Below are positions 50,823-59,867 of a stretch of DNA of 64,000 bases, in pieces (position 1 is the stretch's first letter; each line of letters starts with the position of its first letter). The DNA is from Promethearchaeota archaeon. GTDB taxonomy: Archaea > Asgardarchaeota > Lokiarchaeia > Sigyniarchaeales > SOKP01. The translations under genes and the position numbers were made by a program. Location: positions 192,001-256,000 of the forward strand of contig JAHPZE010000004.1 in assembly GCA_019058365.1 (NCBI GenBank), in the 5' to 3' direction. The notes below the pieces were generated by a model. The model did not search any database and was not told where the DNA came from. It saw only the letters and a list, made by a program, of their open reading frames with translations.

Positions 50823-51320
50823 ATGAATCTACAAGATTTAAAAAAATTAATGCCTGATATATTTGAACGAGTTAAAAAAGATGTAGAGATAGTCTATGGA
50901 CGACATCGGGCTGGCTTAAGTCTTGGACTTGTGGAAATGGGTATTTATAGAGGGGGTTTTATAGGTGGAATGCATTTCACTCCAGGGACAGATATTGTTA
51001 TGAATAAAACACCCCTTAAAATCATTTTAAAAGAACAACCTTATGAAATTGTATGGGCTTATACATATCACATTCTTTTACATGAATATATTCATTCTTT
51101 GGGTGTTCTAGATGAACAACAATGTAGAAATATCACTCTAAGAATTAGTGAGGAAATTTTCAAGGAAAGCAACCACCCTGCTATAATTCTCGCAAAAAAT
51201 GGTATTAGTACCTATTTTCCTAATTTGCCTTTAATTTATGCTCCTCCAGATCTTAAATCTGAGGTACAAATTGAATATATATATAATTTTGATCAAGAGA
51301 GTTATGATTATATCTCTTAA
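50823..51320 (+). CDS. Putative zinc metalloprotease (HExxH)
   Basis: HILLHEYIHSLG. Confidence 0.7.
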   Translation: MNLQDLKKLMPDIFERVKKDVEIVYGRHRAGLSLGLVEMGIYRGGFIGGMHFTPGTDIVMNKTPLKIILKEQPYEIVWAYTYHILLHEYIHSLGVLDEQQCRNITLRISEEIFKESNHPAIILAKNGISTYFPNLPLIYAPPDLKSEVQIEYIYNFDQESYDYIS

Positions 51321-51385
51321 TTAAAATATAAAATGGTTTATAGGAAAATTCCTGTTATATCTGTAATTCATTTATGATATAACTT

Positions 51386-51748
51386 TTATGAATTCAAGCA
51401 TTCATTAAGGGTATTTATTAATTTTTGATGTGTAAAAGGTTTATCCAAGAAACCCATTGCTCCATTAGCATAGACTTCTTCTTTAATAGTTTTGTCAGCA
51501 CTTGCAAAAATAACTTTTGAATTATGATCAATTTGTAGAATTTCTTTTAAAGCATCTATCCCATTTTTAATAGGCATTCTATGATCTAAAATTATTATGT
51601 CGGGTTTTTTAGTAAAAAAGTTGAACATTCTTATTGCCTCCTCTCCATTATTAGCAATGCCTAAAACTTGAAAGCCCGCCATTCTTAATAAGAGTTCATA
51701 TAGTCTTTGAAGATCTCTATCATCTTCAGCAATAAAAATTGTTTTTAT
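51386..51748 (-). CDS. Single-domain response regulator receiver; probable ATA start
   Basis: IKTIFIAEDD in frame upstream of track ATG 51682; PDIIILDHRMP, SA, FLDKPF. Confidence 0.85.
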   Translation of the reverse strand: MKTIFIAEDDRDLQRLYELLLRMAGFQVLGIANNGEEAIRMFNFFTKKPDIIILDHRMPIKNGIDALKEILQIDHNSKVIFASADKTIKEEVYANGAMGFLDKPFTHQKLINTLNECLNS

Positions 51749-52139
51749 CCCTAATTCACCTTTTAGGAAACTAATCCTATTTAGAAAACTTCTGTTTTAG
51801 ATAACTTTAAAATAGAAATTTTTTCTCAACAATCGTACAAACCAATTACAGAAATAATAGTATTTATGCTTTGACATTAAATAAAATTATCTTGAATCCT
51901 GGATTATATTATGAAAATATAAATATCAAGAGTATTTCAAAACCATTACCGTAAATTTTTTTTGTACTTCAATTTTACAAGAACTTAGAAAATAAGCTTT
52001 TATCTTTTACCCATTATATAAAGGATAATATAAAAAAATTCTATAATAATATGTAAATAAAAAAGAGGGCATAAAAATTACGCGAACATTATCTGATGAT
52101 GAATCTGTTGATGGAAAAAAAGAATCTATTCAAAAAGAC

Positions 52140-53159
52140 ATGGACATATTACCTGAACAATTAGTACTTAAATGGAAGTTTCAAAATGTTGATAAAAAAC
52201 TTATATATGATATAAAGCGTTGTATAGGATGCTCATTATGCAAAATTATTTGTCCTGTTGAGGCAATTGAGCTTGGACCAATTCCCGATATCGCTCAAGG
52301 AATATTAGATGATAGTAATCCAAAAATATTGATAGACCATGATAAATGCTGTTATTGCATGTTATGCGCAGTAGTCTGCCCAAATGATGCATTCCATGAA
52401 AATATTATTCCCGAAGAACAAATAGACCTTGAACAATTCCCATCAATTGGAAAGTTTTTCAAGATAGATATGAAGAAATGTATTGAAGATTCTAAAAATG
52501 AAATATGCCAATTATGTTTAAAAGTTAGAGATAGAAACAATGTAAAGGAATACTTTAAAATTCAAAAGGAGTGCCCCGTCCAATGTTTTTCAATTGATTC
52601 TCCAATTAAAGGAGAAGTTATTATCAAAAAAAACATGCTACATAAATGTGATCCTCAAGGGTGTAAAGCTTGTGTCAATATCTGCCCAACTGAGTCTTTC
52701 TTTATTCCTGAAAGCGCTGAAGATGTGAAAAAATATGGAAAAATTGCTTGTAATGAAAATGAATGTTTTTATTGCGGAGCATGCGAAAATTCTTGTCCTG
52801 ATGATTTGATAGTTGTTAATAGAAAGGAAGTTGTAATCATTGATCCTAAGAAGAAAGGAAATTATCCGTGGATACAGGGTTGGATAAAAAGTATAAAAGA
52901 AATTCTTAGAAAAGCGTTGATTCGCGGAAAAGGCAAAAAAAAAATCCCAGAAATTGAAGAAGAAGTCAAAAAATTACAAAAGAAAATTGAAGAAGAAATT
53001 CCACAATTATCAATGGAAGATAGAAAAAAATTGGATGAATTAAACCAGAAGATTCAAACTTTCCTCAGATCTCCAAAAATCAGGTACTGGATAAAAGATA
53101 AGAAAGTTAATAAAGTAACAGAGGAATTAAGAAAAATCCTTTCTGAGCAAAAAAAGTGA
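52140..53159 (+). CDS. Polyferredoxin (FwdF-like)
   Basis: CIGCSLCKIICP, CCYCMLCAVVCP, CKACVNICP, CFYCGACENSCP; frame open upstream to 52050. Confidence 0.8.
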   Translation: MDILPEQLVLKWKFQNVDKKLIYDIKRCIGCSLCKIICPVEAIELGPIPDIAQGILDDSNPKILIDHDKCCYCMLCAVVCPNDAFHENIIPEEQIDLEQFPSIGKFFKIDMKKCIEDSKNEICQLCLKVRDRNNVKEYFKIQKECPVQCFSIDSPIKGEVIIKKNMLHKCDPQGCKACVNICPTESFFIPESAEDVKKYGKIACNENECFYCGACENSCPDDLIVVNRKEVVIIDPKKKGNYPWIQGWIKSIKEILRKALIRGKGKKKIPEIEEEVKKLQKKIEEEIPQLSMEDRKKLDELNQKIQTFLRSPKIRYWIKDKKVNKVTEELRKILSEQKK

Positions 53160-53810
53160 AAAAAAATTTATTAGCTAAAAAGAAACCAAGGATTCTAGTG
53201 TTTCTTCATGGAACCTGTATCATGCATAGGAATGCATTGGGGCTTTCAAGAGAGGAAGTAATACAACAAATTATAGATGATGTTGATGGATCAATATCTG
53301 ATTTTGGTTCATACATTCCAATTGGTAATGTTGTTAAAAAATTAATTACATGGCAAAATCAAGGGGCTGAGATCTTGTATCTTAGTTCTCATTTATCTCT
53401 TGGAAATGTTAAAAAGGATGAGATAGTTTTAAAAAAATATGATTTTCCAAAAGGACCGATATTTTACCGAAAAGAAAAAAATTGGAATTTACCAATTGAA
53501 GAAGCTAAGCCAGATATACTAATTGAAGATGATTGTGAGAGCATCGGTGGTGAATATCAAATGACTTATCCTAATCTTATATTAGAATTAAAATCTAAAA
53601 TAATTTCAATTGTTATAAAAGAATTTAGCGGAATTGATGACCTTCCCGATGATATTGATGAATTAACGAAATTGAGTTCAATATCTTAACAATATACATA
53701 AAATTGAAAAAGAAATTCCACAATTATCAAAGGAAGATAGAAAAAAATTGGATGAATTAAACCAGAAGATTCAAACTTTCCTCAAATCTCCAAAAATCAG
53801 GTACTGGATA
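52983..53810 (+). repeat. 111-bp direct repeat (52983-53093 and 53700-53810), 108/111 identical
   Basis: Direct comparison shows three substitutions; copies are 717 bp apart. Confidence 0.92.
53156..53689 (+). CDS. Hypothetical protein, HAD-like fold possible
   Basis: ILVFLHGT, ILYLSS, PDILIEDD; GTG overlaps the upstream TGA. Confidence 0.65.
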   Translation: MKKNLLAKKKPRILVFLHGTCIMHRNALGLSREEVIQQIIDDVDGSISDFGSYIPIGNVVKKLITWQNQGAEILYLSSHLSLGNVKKDEIVLKKYDFPKGPIFYRKEKNWNLPIEEAKPDILIEDDCESIGGEYQMTYPNLILELKSKIISIVIKEFSGIDDLPDDIDELTKLSSIS

Positions 53811-53871
53811 GAGAAAAAAAACCCAAACTATCATAAGGGAACTTAATAAATTCTTAAGTAAGAAAAAATAA
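53700..53871 (+). pseudogene. Orphaned 3' end of the polyferredoxin gene with a different tail
   Basis: KIEKEIPQLSKEDRKKLDELNQKIQTFLKSPKIRYWIEKK, then a frameshift to TIIRELNKFLSKKK*. Confidence 0.75.
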
Positions 53872-53967
53872 GGAAAATAAATATCTCTTTCTTCAAAAAT
53901 ATCTTTGTTTAAATATGTAGTTATATAATTAAGGTAAATATCAAAATCAATATTGGAGTATTGTTAA

Positions 53968-54255
53968 ATGAAATTAATTTTAAAGGTTAAACCAAATAAG
54001 CAATCAAAAAATAACAAACTGATTGCTTGGATACAAAAAGACACAACCTTTAAAAATGATATTATTCAACTGTTTAAACTCTTTAAAGATAATATTCATA
54101 TATCTAAATTAAGTAAAATTTTAAGATATCATATTGTAACTTCCGAAAATCCAGCAATTATCTTAAATCTATTTTCATCAATTCAAGAACTAATCCCTGA
54201 GGTTTACTTTAATAAAGAAGATTCAATAGAGATTGATGATATAATTGATATATAG
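53968..54255 (+). CDS. Small hypothetical protein
   Basis: 95-aa ATG ORF with GGAG RBS. Confidence 0.6.
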   Translation: MKLILKVKPNKQSKNNKLIAWIQKDTTFKNDIIQLFKLFKDNIHISKLSKILRYHIVTSENPAIILNLFSSIQELIPEVYFNKEDSIEIDDIIDI

Positions 54256-54289
54256 ATATAATATTGAGGATAATTAAGAACACAAAAAA

Positions 54290-54391
54290 TGGGAGAGGGG
54301 GGATTTGAACCCCCGACCCCTTGGTCCCAAACCAAGATTCACGCTGTAGTGAAAGCCCCTACAGTATCATACCAAGCTAGACTACCCTCCC
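54290..54391 (-). tRNA. tRNA-Pro(UGG) with a 28-nt intron at position 25/26 (intron 54338-54365)
   Basis: Acceptor GGGAGGG/CTCTCCC, anticodon arm CTTGG-TTTGGGA-CCAAG, T arm GGGGG-TTCAAAT-CCCCC; CCA not encoded; BHB at the intron ends. Confidence 0.93.
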
Positions 54392-54618
54392 ATGTCAAAC
54401 AGAATTCTCTTTTTAAAGATTTTACTTAACCTTAAGAGATGGGATAATTATTACACAACTTAATACAAAATCTAATTGTTATATAATACAAATAATAAAA
54501 ATTAAAATATTTTTTCAATTTTTACTTAGACATGATAGAAATTAGTATCTGATTTTAAGGTTTTCATTTAACTTGATAGATTTTTAATTAAAATTACTCT
54601 AAAATTTCATAATCTAAA

Positions 54619-55194
54619 ATGAAGAAAATTATTGAATTGTTAAAAATTGGAGACTTGGAACAAACAATTTTTGTGAAATTAAAAGACAACCTTGAAAATA
54701 TATTTAATAGCTTTAATATCTCTATCAGTATATTTAAGGACGCAATTCAATTGGAGAAGGCAGAATATAATTCAGAAAGAAGACAATATAATGCTAATAA
54801 AATTTTAAAAAGAATTATAAACCATACTAAAGATTTTCACGCTTTTCGAATATTGGGAGTAATGGATCAAGATATTTATTCAGAACCATTAAATTTTGTA
54901 TTTGGTATTGCTATAAACCCAAAAAAAAGAATTTCAGGAGTTCCAGTTGTTGCCTTAATTTCAATCACAAGACTCAGAGAAAAGTTTTATAGAAGACCTG
55001 AAAACAACGATTTTTTCGAATTAAGGATATTAAAAGAAGCCATTCATGAACTTGGGCACACATTTAGTTTAGAACATTGTAATAAATTTTGTATAATGCA
55101 ATTTTCAAATACTCTAATGGATACAGATAAGAAACCGCCACAATTTTGTGAATCTTGCTTGAAAAAATTAACAATTTTCTTTAAGAGCTTGTAA
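54619..55194 (+). CDS. Archaemetzincin (M54 zinc protease)
   Basis: RRQY, DIYSEPLNFVFG, KEAIHELGHTFSLEHC..CIM.FSN..D.K..FCESC. Confidence 0.92.
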   Translation: MKKIIELLKIGDLEQTIFVKLKDNLENIFNSFNISISIFKDAIQLEKAEYNSERRQYNANKILKRIINHTKDFHAFRILGVMDQDIYSEPLNFVFGIAINPKKRISGVPVVALISITRLREKFYRRPENNDFFELRILKEAIHELGHTFSLEHCNKFCIMQFSNTLMDTDKKPPQFCESCLKKLTIFFKSL

Positions 55195-55202
55195 CAACCT
55201 TT

Positions 55203-56204
55203 TCAATATTTTTCCTTAAAGCTAATGTAAAGATCCTCACTGATTTTCAAGATTTTTTTATCATTTTTAACTAATTTTTTTAAATCAGGAGAGATGTTTT
55301 GTATACCAAAATAAGCTCCCGCTAGACTTCCTCCTATTGCTCCAACAGTATCACTATCCCCTCCAGCTGTCGCAAGCTCGAAAATACACTCTTTGAATGA
55401 AGTTAGTCTTTTTAAAAAGATGAAAATTGCACAAACCACAGTACTTATGGTATATGGATGAACGAAAGCTTGACCTAAATAATCTTCGATAAAATATGGT
55501 GATTTAACTCCTGCTTGTGAAAATTTAATCAATCCTGATTCAATTGGTATATTTAATTTCGATTTCAATTTATTCAAGATTTTAATGAATTCTTCCCATA
55601 TTTCATCTTGAGTATTAGCAATTGAATTAGTAATAACTTCAAAAAATTCATCTATGGAAAAACCAGTTTCAGGATTTTTATCTATTAAAAATACAATAGC
55701 ACTTGCTATAACTACTGCTCCCGCTGAAGCCGCTGGATGACTATGGGTAATAATACTGGATTTAATTGCAGTTGTTTTTAATGCTTTAGGATCTTTGCAG
55801 TAATATAAACCAACTGGGGCAATTCTCATAGTAGTACCGTTCCCCCCTGAATTTGAAGCAGCTTCCTTCCAAGGGACACCTAATTTTAATTTTCTGATTG
55901 AGGAGATACAACCATAACCCGGTCCAATAGGAGGATCATCTAACCAATTTATATATTCATCGAGAAAGTATTCGATTTTAAAACCATTGCCTTTAATTAG
56001 AGCTTCAGCAGTATGAAGAGTTAATTGTGTATCGTCTGTGTAGGTTCTAAATAGAGATTTATTCTTTTGAACAAACTCATCAAAATCATCAAAATAAGTA
56101 TGTATTTGGGAACGAAGTTTCCCTTCAAAAGGATGCCCCAAGGTATCTCCTATTGCTACACCTAATAAACAGCCTTGAAATTTGTCTAAAAGATTTATTT
56201 CCAT
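55203..56204 (-). CDS. ADP-ribosylglycohydrolase family protein
   Basis: GVAIGDTLG, YTDDT, GNGTTMR, ITH, GGDSDTVGAIGG. Confidence 0.9.
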   Translation of the reverse strand: MEINLLDKFQGCLLGVAIGDTLGHPFEGKLRSQIHTYFDDFDEFVQKNKSLFRTYTDDTQLTLHTAEALIKGNGFKIEYFLDEYINWLDDPPIGPGYGCISSIRKLKLGVPWKEAASNSGGNGTTMRIAPVGLYYCKDPKALKTTAIKSSIITHSHPAASAGAVVIASAIVFLIDKNPETGFSIDEFFEVITNSIANTQDEIWEEFIKILNKLKSKLNIPIESGLIKFSQAGVKSPYFIEDYLGQAFVHPYTISTVVCAIFIFLKRLTSFKECIFELATAGGDSDTVGAIGGSLAGAYFGIQNISPDLKKLVKNDKKILKISEDLYISFKEKY

Positions 56205-56564
56205 ATTATATCAATAATAAGTTAGAATTATAAAATTTCGCTCTACTAATTTTTGGGTATTTACAAAATCCAGTGATAGCTAATTAAATTAAGATCACTT
56301 GCTCTTAATTGGGTTGCATGGTCACATACACTTATAGTCAGATATATAAATTTAAATATCTTTAACGTGTGAAATACTGAAATAATTATTTAGACAGGTC
56401 TATCTATTTCTTTTATCTACTCACATTTTCTGTAATAATTCTTTTCAGTTTTAAGTTTCTAAACTTAGATTTTTCATTAATATTGTAAAAGAAGTTTTTT
56501 AAAACCCATATCTTCAATTGAAAAGCTGATTGTATTTAGGAAAAGCATCAAACTATAACTCTGA

Positions 56565-56760
56565 TAATTAAAATGAGGATACATTTAATATATGACTGAA
56601 TCTGTTGATGGGATTGAGGCCTCTTTTTCTTTAAGATTATAAATTTTTGTTCTCTTTATAAAAGTACCAAAGAGCCCTCCAAATCCGCATATTATACTAA
56701 AACCAAAATAACTGACAACCATGATTAAAAATAAGAAAATTAGTGAAATGAATGAAAAAT
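56565..56760 (-). pseudogene. Degraded paralogous fragment of the adjacent membrane-protein gene
   Basis: FSFISLIFLFLIMVVSYFGFSIICGFGGLFGTFIKRTKIYNLKEKEASIPSTDSVIY* aligns with the C-terminal third of 56855-57580; stop where the intact gene has Glu. Confidence 0.8.
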
Positions 56761-56854
56761 ATTCAAAAAATCAATACAAATAAACCTATATAATTACGTC
56801 CTTTTGAAGTAGAGGGTGTTAATTCAATTGTCTCTTCCATTTTCAGTATTAATA

Positions 56855-57580
56855 TTAATTTTCTTTTACTTTTTGCTTGATAATTTTTTTACATACAGGA
56901 CATTGAAAAACCCCTGCTACTAAGGATTCCATCTCTATATCACATGCAGGACATTTTTCATATATAGCTGAAATGGTTGATGGGATTGAATCTGTTTCTT
57001 CTTTAGGAATATATAATTTTGTTCTCTCTATAAAAGTACCAAAAAGCCCTCCAAATCCGCATATTAAACTATAACCAAAACAACTGATAGCCATGATTAA
57101 AAATAAGAAAATTTGAGAGATAAGGAAGAAATCTTGGTTAGACATTGATAACCAAATCATTAATGGAAATAATGCAAAGGGGAGACATGGAATATATGCA
57201 GCTCTTCTGAAAGGAGTTAATCCTTTTTTCTTACTCTCCTCTATATAACCCCAGCTCAAAAATATTCCAACAAGTAAACATCCACTATAAATACTTTGAG
57301 ATATAAGTGAAATCTCAAAATTAAACAAGACGAAAATAAAGCGAATAACAAATAGTATAAATAAGGTATCGGCAGCACCCAAAAATCCTACTAAGAATCC
57401 TTCCTTTTTATTTTTAAGACCGATAGAGGTTATTAATCCTATAAAAAATGTTAAAACCATGAAGATTAGTAGGAAAATATAATTGATAATTTCAAACATA
57501 TCTATTGAATTGAAAAACAATATAATTGGAAATAGTGATAATAAAAATGAATTTAAAGATATTCGATTATATATCTCCAT
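56855..57580 (-). CDS. Hypothetical multi-pass membrane protein with C-terminal zinc ribbon
   Basis: Several TM segments; CPAC..CPVC. Confidence 0.72.
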   Translation of the reverse strand: MEIYNRISLNSFLLSLFPIILFFNSIDMFEIINYIFLLIFMVLTFFIGLITSIGLKNKKEGFLVGFLGAADTLFILFVIRFIFVLFNFEISLISQSIYSGCLLVGIFLSWGYIEESKKKGLTPFRRAAYIPCLPFALFPLMIWLSMSNQDFFLISQIFLFLIMAISCFGYSLICGFGGLFGTFIERTKLYIPKEETDSIPSTISAIYEKCPACDIEMESLVAGVFQCPVCKKIIKQKVKEN

Positions 57581-57880
57581 TAATTATACCCTCTCATATA
57601 TTTATATAATAATGTAAAGGGGTATTTTTGATTCTTTATAAATCTTGTTTGTAAATTTATGAGAAATTATTATCAAGATATCAATATAAAACTCTCGTTA
57701 ATCCATTTATTAACCATCACTGGATCCTGCACCTACCCTAATTTTTTTCGTTAAATATAGATAGAAATTAGATCCTTCAATGCAATCTATAAAAATTATA
57801 AAGTTAGTAAATAGGCTTATATATGAATTTTACTAGTTAATGTTTTAAACTATAAACTAAATGATACAAAGAGGATTTAA

Positions 57881-58780
57881 ATGGTTAAAATAGATAAACT
57901 AAATAATGTAATTACAGCTATGATCACTCCGTTTAATGAAGATTTATCATTAAACGAAGAGAAATATAGAGAATTTATTCGGTTTCAAATTGATAATGGG
58001 TGTCAAATCTTAACAATGGGCACGACTGGAGAGAGTGCTACAATGTCTCATGAAGAACACCACCAAGCTATGGAAATTGCAGTGGATGAGGCATCTAAAA
58101 GTAATAAAAACCCATTCGTGCTTGCGGGAACAGGGAGTAATTCTACTAAGGAATCTATTTCCTTATCTCAATATGCTGAGAAGATAGGGGTAGATGGGAT
58201 ATTACTAGTTGTACCCTATTATAATAAGCCAGTGCAGCATTCGCTTATAGACCATTTTTCAGAAATTGCTGATTCCATATCTCTTCCAATAGTTTTATAT
58301 AATGTTCCAAGTCGCACAGGAACAAATTTAGAACCTGAAACTATATCTAAATTAGCAAATACTAAAGATAATATTGTAGGAATAAAATGTGCGAGTGGAA
58401 ACATTGATCAGATTACTAAAATCATTAAAAATACTCCTGATGATTTTATTGTATTAAGTGGAGATGATAGTTTTACATATCACATTATGGCTTTGGGGGG
58501 GAAGGGAGTTATTAGCGTGGCCTCTAATATTATTCCTTCAAAGATGGTTGAATTCACTAATACTATGCTTAAAAATGAATGGAATAAAGCTAGGGTTTTG
58601 CAATTGGAACTCTATGATTTATTCAAGGTTCTTTTCATCGAAACTAATCCTGGACCGGTAAAATTTGCTGCTGAGCTTATGGGTTTAATGAATAAAAGGA
58701 TGAGGATGCCATTAACTCCCCCATTAGAAGCTAATCAAATGAAAATAAAAGAAGTATTAGAAAAACTACATCTAATTTAA
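57881..58780 (+). CDS. dapA: 4-hydroxy-tetrahydrodipicolinate synthase
   Basis: TAMITPF, GTTGES, PYYNKP, YNVPSRTG, GIK, SGDD, ETNP. Confidence 0.93.
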   Translation: MVKIDKLNNVITAMITPFNEDLSLNEEKYREFIRFQIDNGCQILTMGTTGESATMSHEEHHQAMEIAVDEASKSNKNPFVLAGTGSNSTKESISLSQYAEKIGVDGILLVVPYYNKPVQHSLIDHFSEIADSISLPIVLYNVPSRTGTNLEPETISKLANTKDNIVGIKCASGNIDQITKIIKNTPDDFIVLSGDDSFTYHIMALGGKGVISVASNIIPSKMVEFTNTMLKNEWNKARVLQLELYDLFKVLFIETNPGPVKFAAELMGLMNKRMRMPLTPPLEANQMKIKEVLEKLHLI

Positions 58781-58800
58781 TTAATAAAAGAGGTCAAAAT

Positions 58801-59622
58801 ATGATTAAATTATTAATTTTAGGACCAACTGGCACAACGAGTAAGCTAATAAGTAAATTAGCTTTAATAGACCAAGAAATAGATGTTGTTGCGGCATGTG
58901 ATATCACTAATATCGGTGGTGATTTAGGTTTCTTAATAGGTGTAAAAGATCCAAATAATATAAAAATAAATGATGTAGATGATCTACGAGACATAATTAA
59001 TAAAACTCACCCAGATGTAGCAGTAGATTTTACTGTGGCACAAGCAACTGAAAAAAATTGCGTAATATGTGTTGAGAATGGAATACGATGTGTAATTGGT
59101 ACAACTGCATTATCAGAAGGTTTTTTTACTACGTTTGAAGAACTTGTAAAAAAGAATAAAGCACCGGCAGTAATATCACCTAATATGGCTACTGGAGTTA
59201 ACATACTCTTTAAAATGGCATCAATATTAACTAAATATTTAGCTGAATGGGATATTGAAGTGTTAGAAGCACATCATAATAGAAAAATTGACGCTCCAAG
59301 TGGTACTGCAATGAAAATAGGACAGATAATAAGTGAAACACTTGGATCTAATTTTGAAGATATAGCTAAATTTGGTCGAAGTCGGGGACCTAATAAGCGT
59401 TCAGTTGGCGCTAAAAATGAAATTGGAATTCATTCTATTAGAGCAGGTGATATTATAGGAGACCATACAATATTATATGCTGGACTTGGAGAAAGAATTG
59501 AATTGAGACATCAAGCTCATAGTAGAGAATGTTTTGCTAATGGGGCATTAAAAGCAATTAAATTTATTACAACTGCTAAAGAAAATAAGATATACTCCAC
59601 AAGTGAAGTATTAGGCTTATAA
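58801..59622 (+). CDS. dapB: 4-hydroxy-tetrahydrodipicolinate reductase
   Basis: VDFT, VIGTT, SPNMATGVN, EAHHNRKIDAPSGTA, SIRAGDIIGDH. Confidence 0.92.
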   Translation: MIKLLILGPTGTTSKLISKLALIDQEIDVVAACDITNIGGDLGFLIGVKDPNNIKINDVDDLRDIINKTHPDVAVDFTVAQATEKNCVICVENGIRCVIGTTALSEGFFTTFEELVKKNKAPAVISPNMATGVNILFKMASILTKYLAEWDIEVLEAHHNRKIDAPSGTAMKIGQIISETLGSNFEDIAKFGRSRGPNKRSVGAKNEIGIHSIRAGDIIGDHTILYAGLGERIELRHQAHSRECFANGALKAIKFITTAKENKIYSTSEVLGL

Positions 59623-59674
59623 AAGAAAATCTCCTTTATGGTAATACTTTTAGAAAAGATAAAATTATAAAAAA

Positions 59675-59791
59675 GATCAGTGCAGATCAGTATCATCATC
59701 AATCTTCTTAATTGTAAAACTCTGCGTAGATTTCATAAAGCCAACACTTCATCGAGAGCATTAAGGGGTATCCAAGCCCTAATAGTCCCAC
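59675..59791 (-). ncRNA. Candidate structured small RNA (alternatively a coding remnant)
   Basis: GC-elevated intergenic island, TTATATA ~21-27 nt upstream, serial hairpins, U6 tract at the end. Confidence 0.25.
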
Positions 59792-59867
59792 TTTTTATAA
59801 TTTTATCTCAATATAATAATAATAGACATAAATTTTTATTTTTGTTGGTTGAGTAAAGCAATTATAA

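Noticed and set aside
59675-59791. Lysine riboswitch or SECIS element
   Set aside because: Lies at the 3' ends of convergent genes rather than in a leader; no matching GA for a SECIS core and no UGA-containing gene nearby
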